64,000 bases of DNA from an uncultured Gammaproteobacteria bacterium (lineage in GTDB: Bacteria; Patescibacteriota; Microgenomatia; Levybacterales; GWA1-39-11). A program made the position numbers and the translations under genes. Below, one piece after another: positions 56,740 to 64,000 of this stretch (the stretch's first letter is position 1; each line of letters opens with the position of its first letter). The notes under the pieces are model-generated. The model searched no databases. It saw only the letters and a program-made list of their open reading frames with translations, and was not told the DNA's origin. Location: contig CAZYWG010000005.1 of the NCBI GenBank assembly GCA_964651815.1, positions 27,053 to 91,052 on the forward strand. The letters are read 5' to 3'.

Positions 56740-58405
56740 AAAGTCTTTTTGGAAAAATTAAAAGTCCAATTATTATAAAAGCCGATACAATAGAAATTAA
56801 TTCCGACAAAATCCTAATTTTTGTATCCTTAAATATAACGTCAACTGTGTGGTTTCCCGAAGTTATAAAATAAGTAATCAAACCACGATTTGCAGGATCT
56901 TGAAACTGAACCTGATCATCTTTAACACCATCAATATAAACTGTCCAATTGGGAAAATATAAAGTGTTCTCACGAATTTCACTATTGGTAGATGCAATTA
57001 TTCGATATTTATGGTGTGTTGAATTTCTTGAAGTCAGATCAATTTTAGCCTGTCCTCCAATTACTTCTGCCTGTGCCGCGGGTTTTTTCTCCATGAATCT
57101 GACTGACCAAATCGGTGCACTTTCCCCAGTATCAGTCGTGCCATTATAAACTCCCGAATAAAAAGATTCAGGTTTTATAATATATCCGATTGGTTGCCAG
57201 TAATTCCATTGAAAGATAAGAATGAAGAGCATGGAAAATAAAAGAAGAATGAATTGATTTTTTTTACTAGTTTTATTAACAACTATGGCTCCCATAACTG
57301 CTGCGGCAAAAATGGCAGTTGCAAGAAATCTCCATGGGAATTGAAATTTTTCAAGAATGCTAAAAGTTTTCCAAACAAAAGTTGAAATGGAAAGCATAAT
57401 AAAAACGCTCCCTAAAAAGTACAGAATAACACTTAAGTATAATATTAGACTTGTCTTTTCTTTATTGAAACGCTTGTAAGCAGTAGCCAAAAATGCCAAG
57501 ACTGCAATCCATTGTAAAAGTCCTAATTGGACAGAAAAACTTCCTGACAATCCATAAATCCAAGACCCATAAAACAAATCTTTTATCTGGACAAAATGGT
57601 AAAACGCCTCATCTTTTGTCACTATATCTCTCAATGTGTATTTACCTTCTAAAAGCGCCGGAACCCAAAAAAAAGCAGCTAAACCAAATCCTAAAATTAA
57701 CGCACTCATAAATTGATACGCAAGGATTTTTCTGTTTTTAGAATTGTAGATTAAATAAACGCCATACAAAGTTATAAATGGTAAAAACATAAGACTCATA
57801 GCGTTATGCGCTAAGATAAGAGCGCAAATTGAAACCGATATTCCGGCAAAATATGCAGAATTAATTTGCTTAAGTCTTGTCACAGATTCAGCGTTATTTG
57901 AACTCTTAAGCATGAAAAATAAAATTAGCGGAGGGAAAATAAAAGCTACTTGTTCTCCAATATCTCCCCTAATATAAAAGTCCACAAATCTATATGGTGC
58001 AAAATTATAAAGAACTGAGCCTATTGTTGCTGCAGTTTCCCCTAAAAATTCATTCAGCCAAAGATACATCGTGATTCCACTTAGAATGAATGCCATACCC
58101 ATAACTAATTTGAATGAATCAACAAAGGAAAATCCCAAAAAATGAAATAATGAAGAAACATAAGAAGGTAAAGGGTAAAGAAACGTTAAAATAGGATGTC
58201 CGTATCCCCAATTTAAATTTCCTGCCCATCGAGGAATAATATTACCCTCTGAAAGTGACAAATAAAAATTAGCTATTCTGGCAACATGATCCTGCCCGTC
58301 GTGGGTGAGTGGAAGACCTGTGTGAAACAGAGGAACAACAGGAATAAAACTGAGAACCAGAATTATAATAATGCCAAAATGCTTTTTAAATAATTTCTCC
58401 AACAT
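56723..58405 (-). CDS. Family B polytopic membrane protein (YfhO-superfamily-like GT-C candidate), paralog B3.
   Basis: THDGQDHVARI...IIPRWAGNLNWGYGHPILTFLYPLPSYV at the N-terminus. YFPNWTVYIDGVKDDQVQFQDPANRGLITYFITSGNHTVDVIF near the C-terminus, followed by a TM anchor. Confidence 0.65.
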   Translation of the reverse strand: MLEKLFKKHFGIIIILVLSFIPVVPLFHTGLPLTHDGQDHVARIANFYLSLSEGNIIPRWAGNLNWGYGHPILTFLYPLPSYVSSLFHFLGFSFVDSFKLVMGMAFILSGITMYLWLNEFLGETAATIGSVLYNFAPYRFVDFYIRGDIGEQVAFIFPPLILFFMLKSSNNAESVTRLKQINSAYFAGISVSICALILAHNAMSLMFLPFITLYGVYLIYNSKNRKILAYQFMSALILGFGLAAFFWVPALLEGKYTLRDIVTKDEAFYHFVQIKDLFYGSWIYGLSGSFSVQLGLLQWIAVLAFLATAYKRFNKEKTSLILYLSVILYFLGSVFIMLSISTFVWKTFSILEKFQFPWRFLATAIFAAAVMGAIVVNKTSKKNQFILLLFSMLFILIFQWNYWQPIGYIIKPESFYSGVYNGTTDTGESAPIWSVRFMEKKPAAQAEVIGGQAKIDLTSRNSTHHKYRIIASTNSEIRENTLYFPNWTVYIDGVKDDQVQFQDPANRGLITYFITSGNHTVDVIFKDTKIRILSELISIVSAFIIIGLLIFPKRLYVTKN

Positions 58406-58423
58406 ATTGTCAACTCAAGTATT

Positions 58424-59335
58424 CTAGATCGAAAAACTTCCACGGCCAAATCTACGTAAATAATAATCACGAACTCCTTTTTTTTGCCATGGCCTTCCGG
58501 AAGCAAGAATCTTAAAACTTTCACGAATTAACGCTACCTTAGTTCTTATAGGTGCATAGCGTTCGCCAAATAATAGTCGATTTCGTGTGATGTAATAATC
58601 CTGAAGGATCGAACCGCTTCCGGATGATCCGGCGTTTATATGCCACATAACAGCTTTTGGTTCATAAAGAATTTTGTATCCTGCTTTTTTAATTCTTTGA
58701 GTCAAATCCGCATCCTCATAATACAGAAAGAATTTGTCATCAAAAAGCCCAATTTTATTTAAAACTTCTGTTTTTATCAAAAAACAACAACCCGTTGCTA
58801 AATCAGTCTCTTTTTTTACGTCGAATTGCCCTTGATCCACTTCGTCAACTCCAATATTGTGTCCTATCAAATTGTCCCAATCCATTTCTCCACCCGCATA
58901 CCAAATGACCTTCCCAAGATCCGAATTTTTATATCTATCTTTATGAAATTCAAAACCTTTAGCAAAATATATTTTAGGCAAAACCCCTCCAACATTTTCA
59001 CCATTTGCCGCTCCTACTAAATTCCCAATCAAATTTTCACTAACTTCTGTATCGTTATTGAGAAGCATTACAAAATCCGCATCGTGGTTAATTCCATATC
59101 TCATACCCTCATTACATCCTCCGGTGAATCCTAAGTTCTTCTCATTTTCAATAAATATTACATACGGGAATTTCTTTTTTATAATATCTAGATACCCATC
59201 ATTTGAAGCATTATCTACAACTACAATTTCTATCTTTATCTCTTTTGTTTTTTTATTTTTAGCAAGCGACTCAAGACAAGCAACTGTTTTCTCTCCACCT
59301 TTGTAATTCAAGATTACTACGTAAACGCTTTTCAT
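58424..59335 (-). CDS. GT2 family glycosyltransferase.
   Basis: VYVVILNYKGGEKTVACLESL...IVVVDNASNDG, GFTGGCN and a C-terminal YYEDADL motif. Confidence 0.8.
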   Translation of the reverse strand: MKSVYVVILNYKGGEKTVACLESLAKNKKTKEIKIEIVVVDNASNDGYLDIIKKKFPYVIFIENEKNLGFTGGCNEGMRYGINHDADFVMLLNNDTEVSENLIGNLVGAANGENVGGVLPKIYFAKGFEFHKDRYKNSDLGKVIWYAGGEMDWDNLIGHNIGVDEVDQGQFDVKKETDLATGCCFLIKTEVLNKIGLFDDKFFLYYEDADLTQRIKKAGYKILYEPKAVMWHINAGSSGSGSILQDYYITRNRLLFGERYAPIRTKVALIRESFKILASGRPWQKKGVRDYYLRRFGRGSFSI

Positions 59336-60267
59336 TTTTTGATTTTTGAGGAAGATATTTTTCTTGCAGTTTTTAAAAGTATTTTTTTAAAGGGGTTTTT
59401 TGCGTTATCAATTAAATTTGAGGTAGCCCAATATTTTACCTTTTCTCCCGAGTTTTTTAACTCCTCTTTAACATTTTTCAAGAAAGTTGGTTCGTTAACC
59501 TCTATAAACTTATTTTTCTCCCAAAGTTTGGCAAAAACAACCTCCATATAAAATGCTTGCAGTATTGAAAGAACCAAACCATGTAAACCGTCTCTGAATC
59601 CTTTTTGTAAAAAAAATGTTTTAACAAAATCGTCAACTGGAAATCGGATAGCATCTAAAAAATTGAAATTGTAATCTTTCACAAGATTTTCTGCTTCAAT
59701 ATCAGTATAGTTATTTAGTTTTTTTATGTATTGTGAAATTGAATTGTAATTATTATGTAAAATTGGACTTTCAATTTTTATTGTTTCACCATTTACAGTT
59801 AATGCGTGATGGACCTCGTTTTTTTCAAACTTCCCTTTTCCGCGGCGAAAAAATTTCAACTGATAATCTGGCCACCACATATCACTCTGAATCCATTTAC
59901 CGAATATTATATTTTTGCGTGGAACCCATATACCGCTAACATTATTATTTGTGTCGTCGATTGTTCTTTTTATTTCGTCAGCGAGTTCTTCAGAAATTTG
60001 TTCATCTGCATCCAAGCTTAAAATCCAATCGCCTGAGGCTTTTGAAAAACCAAAATTTTTTTGTAAGTCTATTTCCTGTGGATTATTTTTTTGAGAATAT
60101 ATTTTTTTAGTATATTTTTTGGCAAAATCAAGCGTTTTATCGGAAGATTCATGATCTATAACAATAATCTCATCTGCCAAATTTTCAACAGAAGTAAGGC
60201 AAGAATCAATGTTTTCTTCCTCATTATACGCAGACACAACCACAGATAAAGTGTTTTTTTTGCTCAT
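59332..60267 (-). CDS. GT2 family glycosyltransferase (paralog group with 34751..35533 and 52528..53283).
   Basis: LSVVVSAYNEEENIDSCLTSVENLADEIIVIDHESSDKTLDFAKKY. Confidence 0.8.
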   Translation of the reverse strand: MSKKNTLSVVVSAYNEEENIDSCLTSVENLADEIIVIDHESSDKTLDFAKKYTKKIYSQKNNPQEIDLQKNFGFSKASGDWILSLDADEQISEELADEIKRTIDDTNNNVSGIWVPRKNIIFGKWIQSDMWWPDYQLKFFRRGKGKFEKNEVHHALTVNGETIKIESPILHNNYNSISQYIKKLNNYTDIEAENLVKDYNFNFLDAIRFPVDDFVKTFFLQKGFRDGLHGLVLSILQAFYMEVVFAKLWEKNKFIEVNEPTFLKNVKEELKNSGEKVKYWATSNLIDNAKNPFKKILLKTARKISSSKIKK

Positions 60268-61706
60268 TTTTTGATTATCCGCCTAATATCACTTACTACT
60301 TCTTTCCCTTTAAAGGCGTACATTATACTAAAGTAAATTCCGCCACAAACAGTGCTCATAATAATTAATTCCGGCAGACTTCTTACAAAATAGGCGCAAG
60401 AAAAATATGTGATTATTCCCATTATACCAGCTGATACTATTGGTTGATAAATACTACCCCAAAATTTGAAGTCCACAATTTTTCTTACCAAATGTACTGT
60501 ATATAAAATAGTAAGTGTCACCAAAAATGAGGCAATTGCAACCCCATTGTAACTGTAAAAGTGAATCATAAGGGGTGTTATAATCCATATTAAAATCGTC
60601 CACACAACCATAAGTTGCAGGGTCCATTTAACTTTCCCGTTGGAGTCCAAAACATTAATTAGTATTCCGGAAAGAGAAGATACCATTGCGTTAAGCGAGA
60701 AAAAAACAACAGAAATATACGCACCTTCCCATTTATTATGCCAATGTGGAAAATAACGGATAAGTGACGGCCCCGCAATTATTAATCCTGTCAAAAGAGG
60801 GAACATAATAAGCGCAACAAAAAACAAAGATTTCTCAATTGACAGCCTCAGCATTTTCTTATCATCTTGAAACCTTGCGTAGGTAGAAAAAGTAACACGA
60901 GTCACGCTATCAACAAAGTATCTGTATGGATAAAAAGCAAGGCTTTGGGCAACACCAATAAATCCTATCTGAGCAAAGCTTAAGAACCTCGCCAAAATTA
61001 CCGTTAAAAAATCGTCCTTAATTGTTGCAAGAACGTTTTTTGCTTGGAATTGTAACCCAAATTTCAAATGCACAAGAGACGCCTTATGAACTCCAACCCC
61101 AAATTCCCAAGGTGAAACCAGAAAATAAAATGGAACACTTGAAATACTTGAGACTAAAAACGCCCAAGTATACGCAGTTATTCCAAAACGATTCAAAACC
61201 AAAGTTAAAAGAATAAGATTAAACACTACAGATTCCACAAGTTGTGGAATAACTAGTTTGTGAAAATGAATTTTACGCTCAAGAAGTATTGACGGAATCA
61301 CTTTAAATGAAGAAAGAAAAATTGTAAAGACTAGAGCAAGCAACAATCCGTAGGCATCATTATTTAGTCGCAATAATGAAGAGAGCGGTGACCTTAAAAT
61401 CAGTGTTAAAAAGAATACCCCCCCAGTTAGCGCGGCTTGTAATGTAAAACTTGTGCGCAGATCCTCACGCGTCAATTCTTCCTTTTTTTGGACTAATGCA
61501 GCACCAAAACCAAAATCCGTAAAAAAACTAATGACCCTTTGAATTGCTATAACTACCGTGTATATTCCAACTTGAGCAGGGGTGAAAATACTAAAAATTA
61601 TGATTGAAGTACCTACTGTCAAAACATCAAGAATGACAGTTCTTGAAATAAATGCAACAATCCCCTTTAGTGTTTGCTCAATAATTGAAGAATTAGAATT
61701 TTCCAT
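60264..61706 (-). CDS. MOP-superfamily (Wzx-like) polysaccharide flippase.
   Basis: 480 aa with about 12-14 hydrophobic segments and the typical 'polysaccharide biosynthesis protein' topology. It lies immediately 3' of a DPM1-like GT2. Confidence 0.6.
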   Translation of the reverse strand: MENSNSSIIEQTLKGIVAFISRTVILDVLTVGTSIIIFSIFTPAQVGIYTVVIAIQRVISFFTDFGFGAALVQKKEELTREDLRTSFTLQAALTGGVFFLTLILRSPLSSLLRLNNDAYGLLLALVFTIFLSSFKVIPSILLERKIHFHKLVIPQLVESVVFNLILLTLVLNRFGITAYTWAFLVSSISSVPFYFLVSPWEFGVGVHKASLVHLKFGLQFQAKNVLATIKDDFLTVILARFLSFAQIGFIGVAQSLAFYPYRYFVDSVTRVTFSTYARFQDDKKMLRLSIEKSLFFVALIMFPLLTGLIIAGPSLIRYFPHWHNKWEGAYISVVFFSLNAMVSSLSGILINVLDSNGKVKWTLQLMVVWTILIWIITPLMIHFYSYNGVAIASFLVTLTILYTVHLVRKIVDFKFWGSIYQPIVSAGIMGIITYFSCAYFVRSLPELIIMSTVCGGIYFSIMYAFKGKEVVSDIRRIIKK

Positions 61707-61708
61707 TT

Positions 61709-62428
61709 TTAAATCCTAGCGTTATGAATATCTGACCACAAAATTAGACTCTCTAAAACTGCCCTGACAACAACAGGAAGATTTGCACCTGTCTGAAGTC
61801 CAAATTGCCTTTGATAATGACTAACTTCAACTTGAGTTATTTTTAATTTTTTTCTTTTTGCTTTTGCCAAAATTTCAGTAGTTACCATTGCGCCCTCCGA
61901 CCTCAAAGGCATAATCTGGCTTAGTGCTCCTCGTGTAAACATCTTAAAACCGCAATCAATATCCTTAAACCAGAATCCAAACAATACAAAATCCCAAATT
62001 TTAAGTAAGTTCATGAGGAGCAATCTTTTTCCAAGATTATGGTCACGCCTTTTTTTTCTAAATCCAATAACCATATCTGAGTTATTAATCTCATCAACAA
62101 ATTTTGTGACCTCTGAAAAATCAAATTGTCCGTCGCCATCAGTAAAAACAATATATTTATATTTTGCAGCATCAAAACCCGCTTTCAGTGCAGCCCCATA
62201 TCCGCGGTTAGGCTTATGAGACACAACTTTTATATTTTTGTTTTGTTTAGCCAAACCTTTCCCTTCCTCAAGGGTACCGTCGGACGACCCATCATCAATT
62301 ATTATTACTTCCCACACATTTGCCACGTTTGGTGCTACAGCAATAGCCTTAGAAACAACTTGACTTACATTTTTCTCCTCATTCCAGAAGGGGAAGAAGA
62401 TGGATAACTCAGGAAGTTTTTTTGCCAT
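61709..62428 (-). CDS. GT2, a DPM1/ArnC/GtrB-like polyprenyl-phosphate sugar synthase.
   Basis: LSIFFPFWNEEKNVSQVV...VIIIDDGSSDGT...HKPNRGYGAALKAGFDAAKYKYIVFTDGDGQFD. The length of 239 aa fits. Confidence 0.75.
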   Translation of the reverse strand: MAKKLPELSIFFPFWNEEKNVSQVVSKAIAVAPNVANVWEVIIIDDGSSDGTLEEGKGLAKQNKNIKVVSHKPNRGYGAALKAGFDAAKYKYIVFTDGDGQFDFSEVTKFVDEINNSDMVIGFRKKRRDHNLGKRLLLMNLLKIWDFVLFGFWFKDIDCGFKMFTRGALSQIMPLRSEGAMVTTEILAKAKRKKLKITQVEVSHYQRQFGLQTGANLPVVVRAVLESLILWSDIHNARI

Positions 62429-63959
62429 AAAAAATATTGGATTTACTTATTATAACAAGGATCATGGCTATAACTCCAACAGTTGATAGCATATCAGAAA
62501 TTATCTCGATTATTGTTTGGGAAGACTTGAACTTAACTGAACGGAGTCCGCCGGGAACTTCTGTAAAAAAACCATTGCTTTCGCTCCTGAGACTAGGATC
62601 AAACTGAAGCTTTTGAGTAGGATCATTAGGCTTTACAAAATTTTTTGGCAAATACTCATCGGAAATTTTGGATGCGGTCCATGTAAGATATTCTGAATTT
62701 GTGTAATAACTAACATTTCTATTTAAATTTCTCTGTGGAACAAATAGTTTCGTATTAAACAATAAAGTTGAAAAAATAACAAGGACAGCCAAAATTATCC
62801 CTAAATTTTTATGATATCTTTCTCCAAAAGACCATACCAAAAATCCAATGAGAAAACTTGTAAATACACCCGCAAAATTTAGGAATCTCCACGGAAATTG
62901 CAAGAAATTCATAAAAGGCGCTTGCCACAAAATTTTTGACGAGGCTTGCATCATAAATATTGAAAAAAATAGAAAACAAAATGACATTAGTGTAATAACC
63001 TTTCTCTCTTTGAGTTTTTTAAAACTTAAAAATAATAGAATTAAAGCCAGAACGACAAATGCAATATTGGATTTTCCAAGCCTAAAGCTCAAACCATCAA
63101 TGCACCCCGGCGCAGAACCCCCAAAACCCCAAGGACTGTCCCAAAGTTGACTAATACATACAAAGTTTTGAGAAAAGTCTGATCCACCAACAAGCTGTGA
63201 CGCAATGTTGGTAAATTTCACCTCGCTAACTGCTGGCACCACATAAAAAGCGGATAGAAGAAATGACAAGAGAAATATTAAACAGTAAGAAATGATAAGA
63301 TTTTTTTTATTTTTCCCAAAGATTAGAGAGAACAGAATAAAAATTCCTAAAAACAACGCTAGCATAAAAGCGGACAGATTGTGTGATAAAACTACTGCAG
63401 AAATAGATAATGATGCTAAAGTAATATATTTTTTAGAAATTGTTTTTTTTTCGATTGAGAAAATTTTAAAAAACGATAAAAATACAATTGGAAGGAAAGC
63501 GTAAGCAAAAATTTCTGCAAGGTCCCCTCTCACATATATATTTACAGCGTGATAAGGAAAGTACAAATAAACGATCGATGCAACTAGACCTGGAATTTTA
63601 CCAAAAAAGTTTTCGGTCAAAAAATACATTGATATCCCCGCAAGTAAAATTCCAATGACAAAAATTATTTTTGTAGAAACTAACGCATCAAATCCTAAGA
63701 TATTAACTAAGCCACCTAAATAATAAGGCAGTACGGAGTAGAAATTAAATATTGGGTAACCAAGTCCATATCCAAGATCTGCAACCCATCTTACTGGAAG
63801 TGCCCCGGATAAAATACTTTTCCCCATTTCAAAAACTCTTGCAACCTGCACGTCATCATGAATTTGGAAAAAACCATTTGAAAAAAAAGGGATGACTGAA
63901 AAAACTGAAAGTACAAAATATAAGATTATATTTATTTTATCTGAAATAATTTTATTCAT
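62409..63959 (-). CDS. Family B polytopic membrane protein (YfhO-superfamily-like GT-C candidate), paralog B4. It is the most divergent of the four.
   Basis: IHDDVQVARVF...LPVRWVADLGYGLGYPIFNFYSVLPYYL. The C-terminus has a TM anchor. The upstream ORF appears to end with a TGA overlapping this ATG, so the operon continues beyond the window. Confidence 0.6.
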   Translation of the reverse strand: MNKIISDKINIILYFVLSVFSVIPFFSNGFFQIHDDVQVARVFEMGKSILSGALPVRWVADLGYGLGYPIFNFYSVLPYYLGGLVNILGFDALVSTKIIFVIGILLAGISMYFLTENFFGKIPGLVASIVYLYFPYHAVNIYVRGDLAEIFAYAFLPIVFLSFFKIFSIEKKTISKKYITLASLSISAVVLSHNLSAFMLALFLGIFILFSLIFGKNKKNLIISYCLIFLLSFLLSAFYVVPAVSEVKFTNIASQLVGGSDFSQNFVCISQLWDSPWGFGGSAPGCIDGLSFRLGKSNIAFVVLALILLFLSFKKLKERKVITLMSFCFLFFSIFMMQASSKILWQAPFMNFLQFPWRFLNFAGVFTSFLIGFLVWSFGERYHKNLGIILAVLVIFSTLLFNTKLFVPQRNLNRNVSYYTNSEYLTWTASKISDEYLPKNFVKPNDPTQKLQFDPSLRSESNGFFTEVPGGLRSVKFKSSQTIIEIISDMLSTVGVIAMILVIISKSNIFYGKKTS

Positions 63960-64000
63960 TTATTAATTAGTTTTGAAACTTGTTTTTTGTAAACCATTAT
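63958..64000 (-). CDS. 3' end (last 13 codons, ...MVYKKQVSKLINK*) of an upstream minus-strand gene. Its stop TGA overlaps the ATG at 63959.
   Basis: Reading the minus strand from 64000 gives an open frame ending in AAATGA, where the ATG is the start of the next gene. The fragment is too short to classify. Confidence 0.25.

Noticed and set aside
2106-63504. Numerous 60-150 aa ORFs on the plus strand in the track (for example 3413..3697, 8982..9404, 21432..21851, 54187..54543 and 42855..43178).
   Set aside because: All lie antisense within long, well-supported minus-strand genes. They have low-complexity or hydrophobic composition with no motifs, which is typical of spurious ORFs in AT-rich DNA.
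1-64000. An alternative genetic code (TGA recoded to Gly or Trp, as in some CPR lineages).
   Set aside because: Several well-supported genes end at TGA exactly where homologous proteins end, with 4-nt ATGA or GTGA overlaps to the next start (for example 34751, 33756, 17465 and 15022). Long ORFs do not require reading through TGA. The standard code fits.
1-64000. Mobile elements, integrases or phage genes that would mark the locus as a horizontally acquired island.
   Set aside because: No transposase, integrase, recombinase or tRNA attachment-site motifs were recognised in any frame. Any island boundaries must lie outside the window.

Overview
The window is about 64 kb of AT-rich bacterial DNA (GC roughly 30% by eye). 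It uses the standard genetic code: TGA serves as a stop, and a Shine-Dalgarno motif is visible before at least one gene (galE). Adjacent genes repeatedly overlap by 4 nt (ATGA or GTGA). Two small genes resemble families that are common in Patescibacteria/CPR genomes (a DUF5652-like and a DUF5667-like protein, both recalled from memory). I did not find any rRNA, tRNA, CRISPR array, transposase or integrase. Almost the whole window is one head-to-tail array of about 50 genes on the minus strand, running from 63959 down to 2899. The array is broken only once, at 51753..52527, by a short region that carries two small plus-strand genes and promoter-like signals. Nearly everything in the array is glycan biosynthesis: (1) About 19 large polytopic membrane proteins that I interpret as GT-C-type periplasmic glycosyltransferases. 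These fall into paralog families. Four tandem PMT/ArnT-like (GT39/83-like) genes sit at 38345..45102, and a fifth is at 23148..24479. Four members of 'family B' share the N-terminal motif HDG-x2-H-x2-R...P-R-W...N-x-G-x-G-x-P...Y-P-L-P-x-Y. Two proteins look like YfhO. Two giant 'family A' proteins are also present (2..2041 and 10612..13995, the latter 1127 aa). Several further polytopic proteins are unclassified. (2) Eleven GT2 family (GT-A fold) glycosyltransferases, three of them DPM1/CsbB/GtrB-like enzymes that would make a polyprenyl-phosphate-sugar. (3) Four GT4 glycosyltransferases. (4) Two MOP-type (Wzx-like) flippases. (5) A nucleotide-sugar block containing an RfbF-like glucose-1-phosphate cytidylyltransferase, four extended-SDR epimerase/dehydratases, an RmlC-like cupin, an RmlD-like reductase and GalE. 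(6) Sugar-decorating enzymes: a NodU/CmcH-type carbamoyltransferase, two paralogous class-I SAM methyltransferases, an FkbM methyltransferase and two hexapeptide acetyltransferases. The most unusual thing I can see is this very dense, multiply duplicated pairing of Pol-P-sugar synthases with YfhO-like and PMT-like GT-C enzymes, which in Bacillus and Listeria is the logic for glycosylating lipoteichoic acid and wall teichoic acid with CsbB plus YfhO. Here it is expanded to six YfhO-superfamily and five PMT-like paralogs in a single operon-like array. Families A, B and the YfhO-like proteins also share a C-terminal module followed by a membrane anchor. All functional calls rest on motifs I recognise by eye; I ran no searches.
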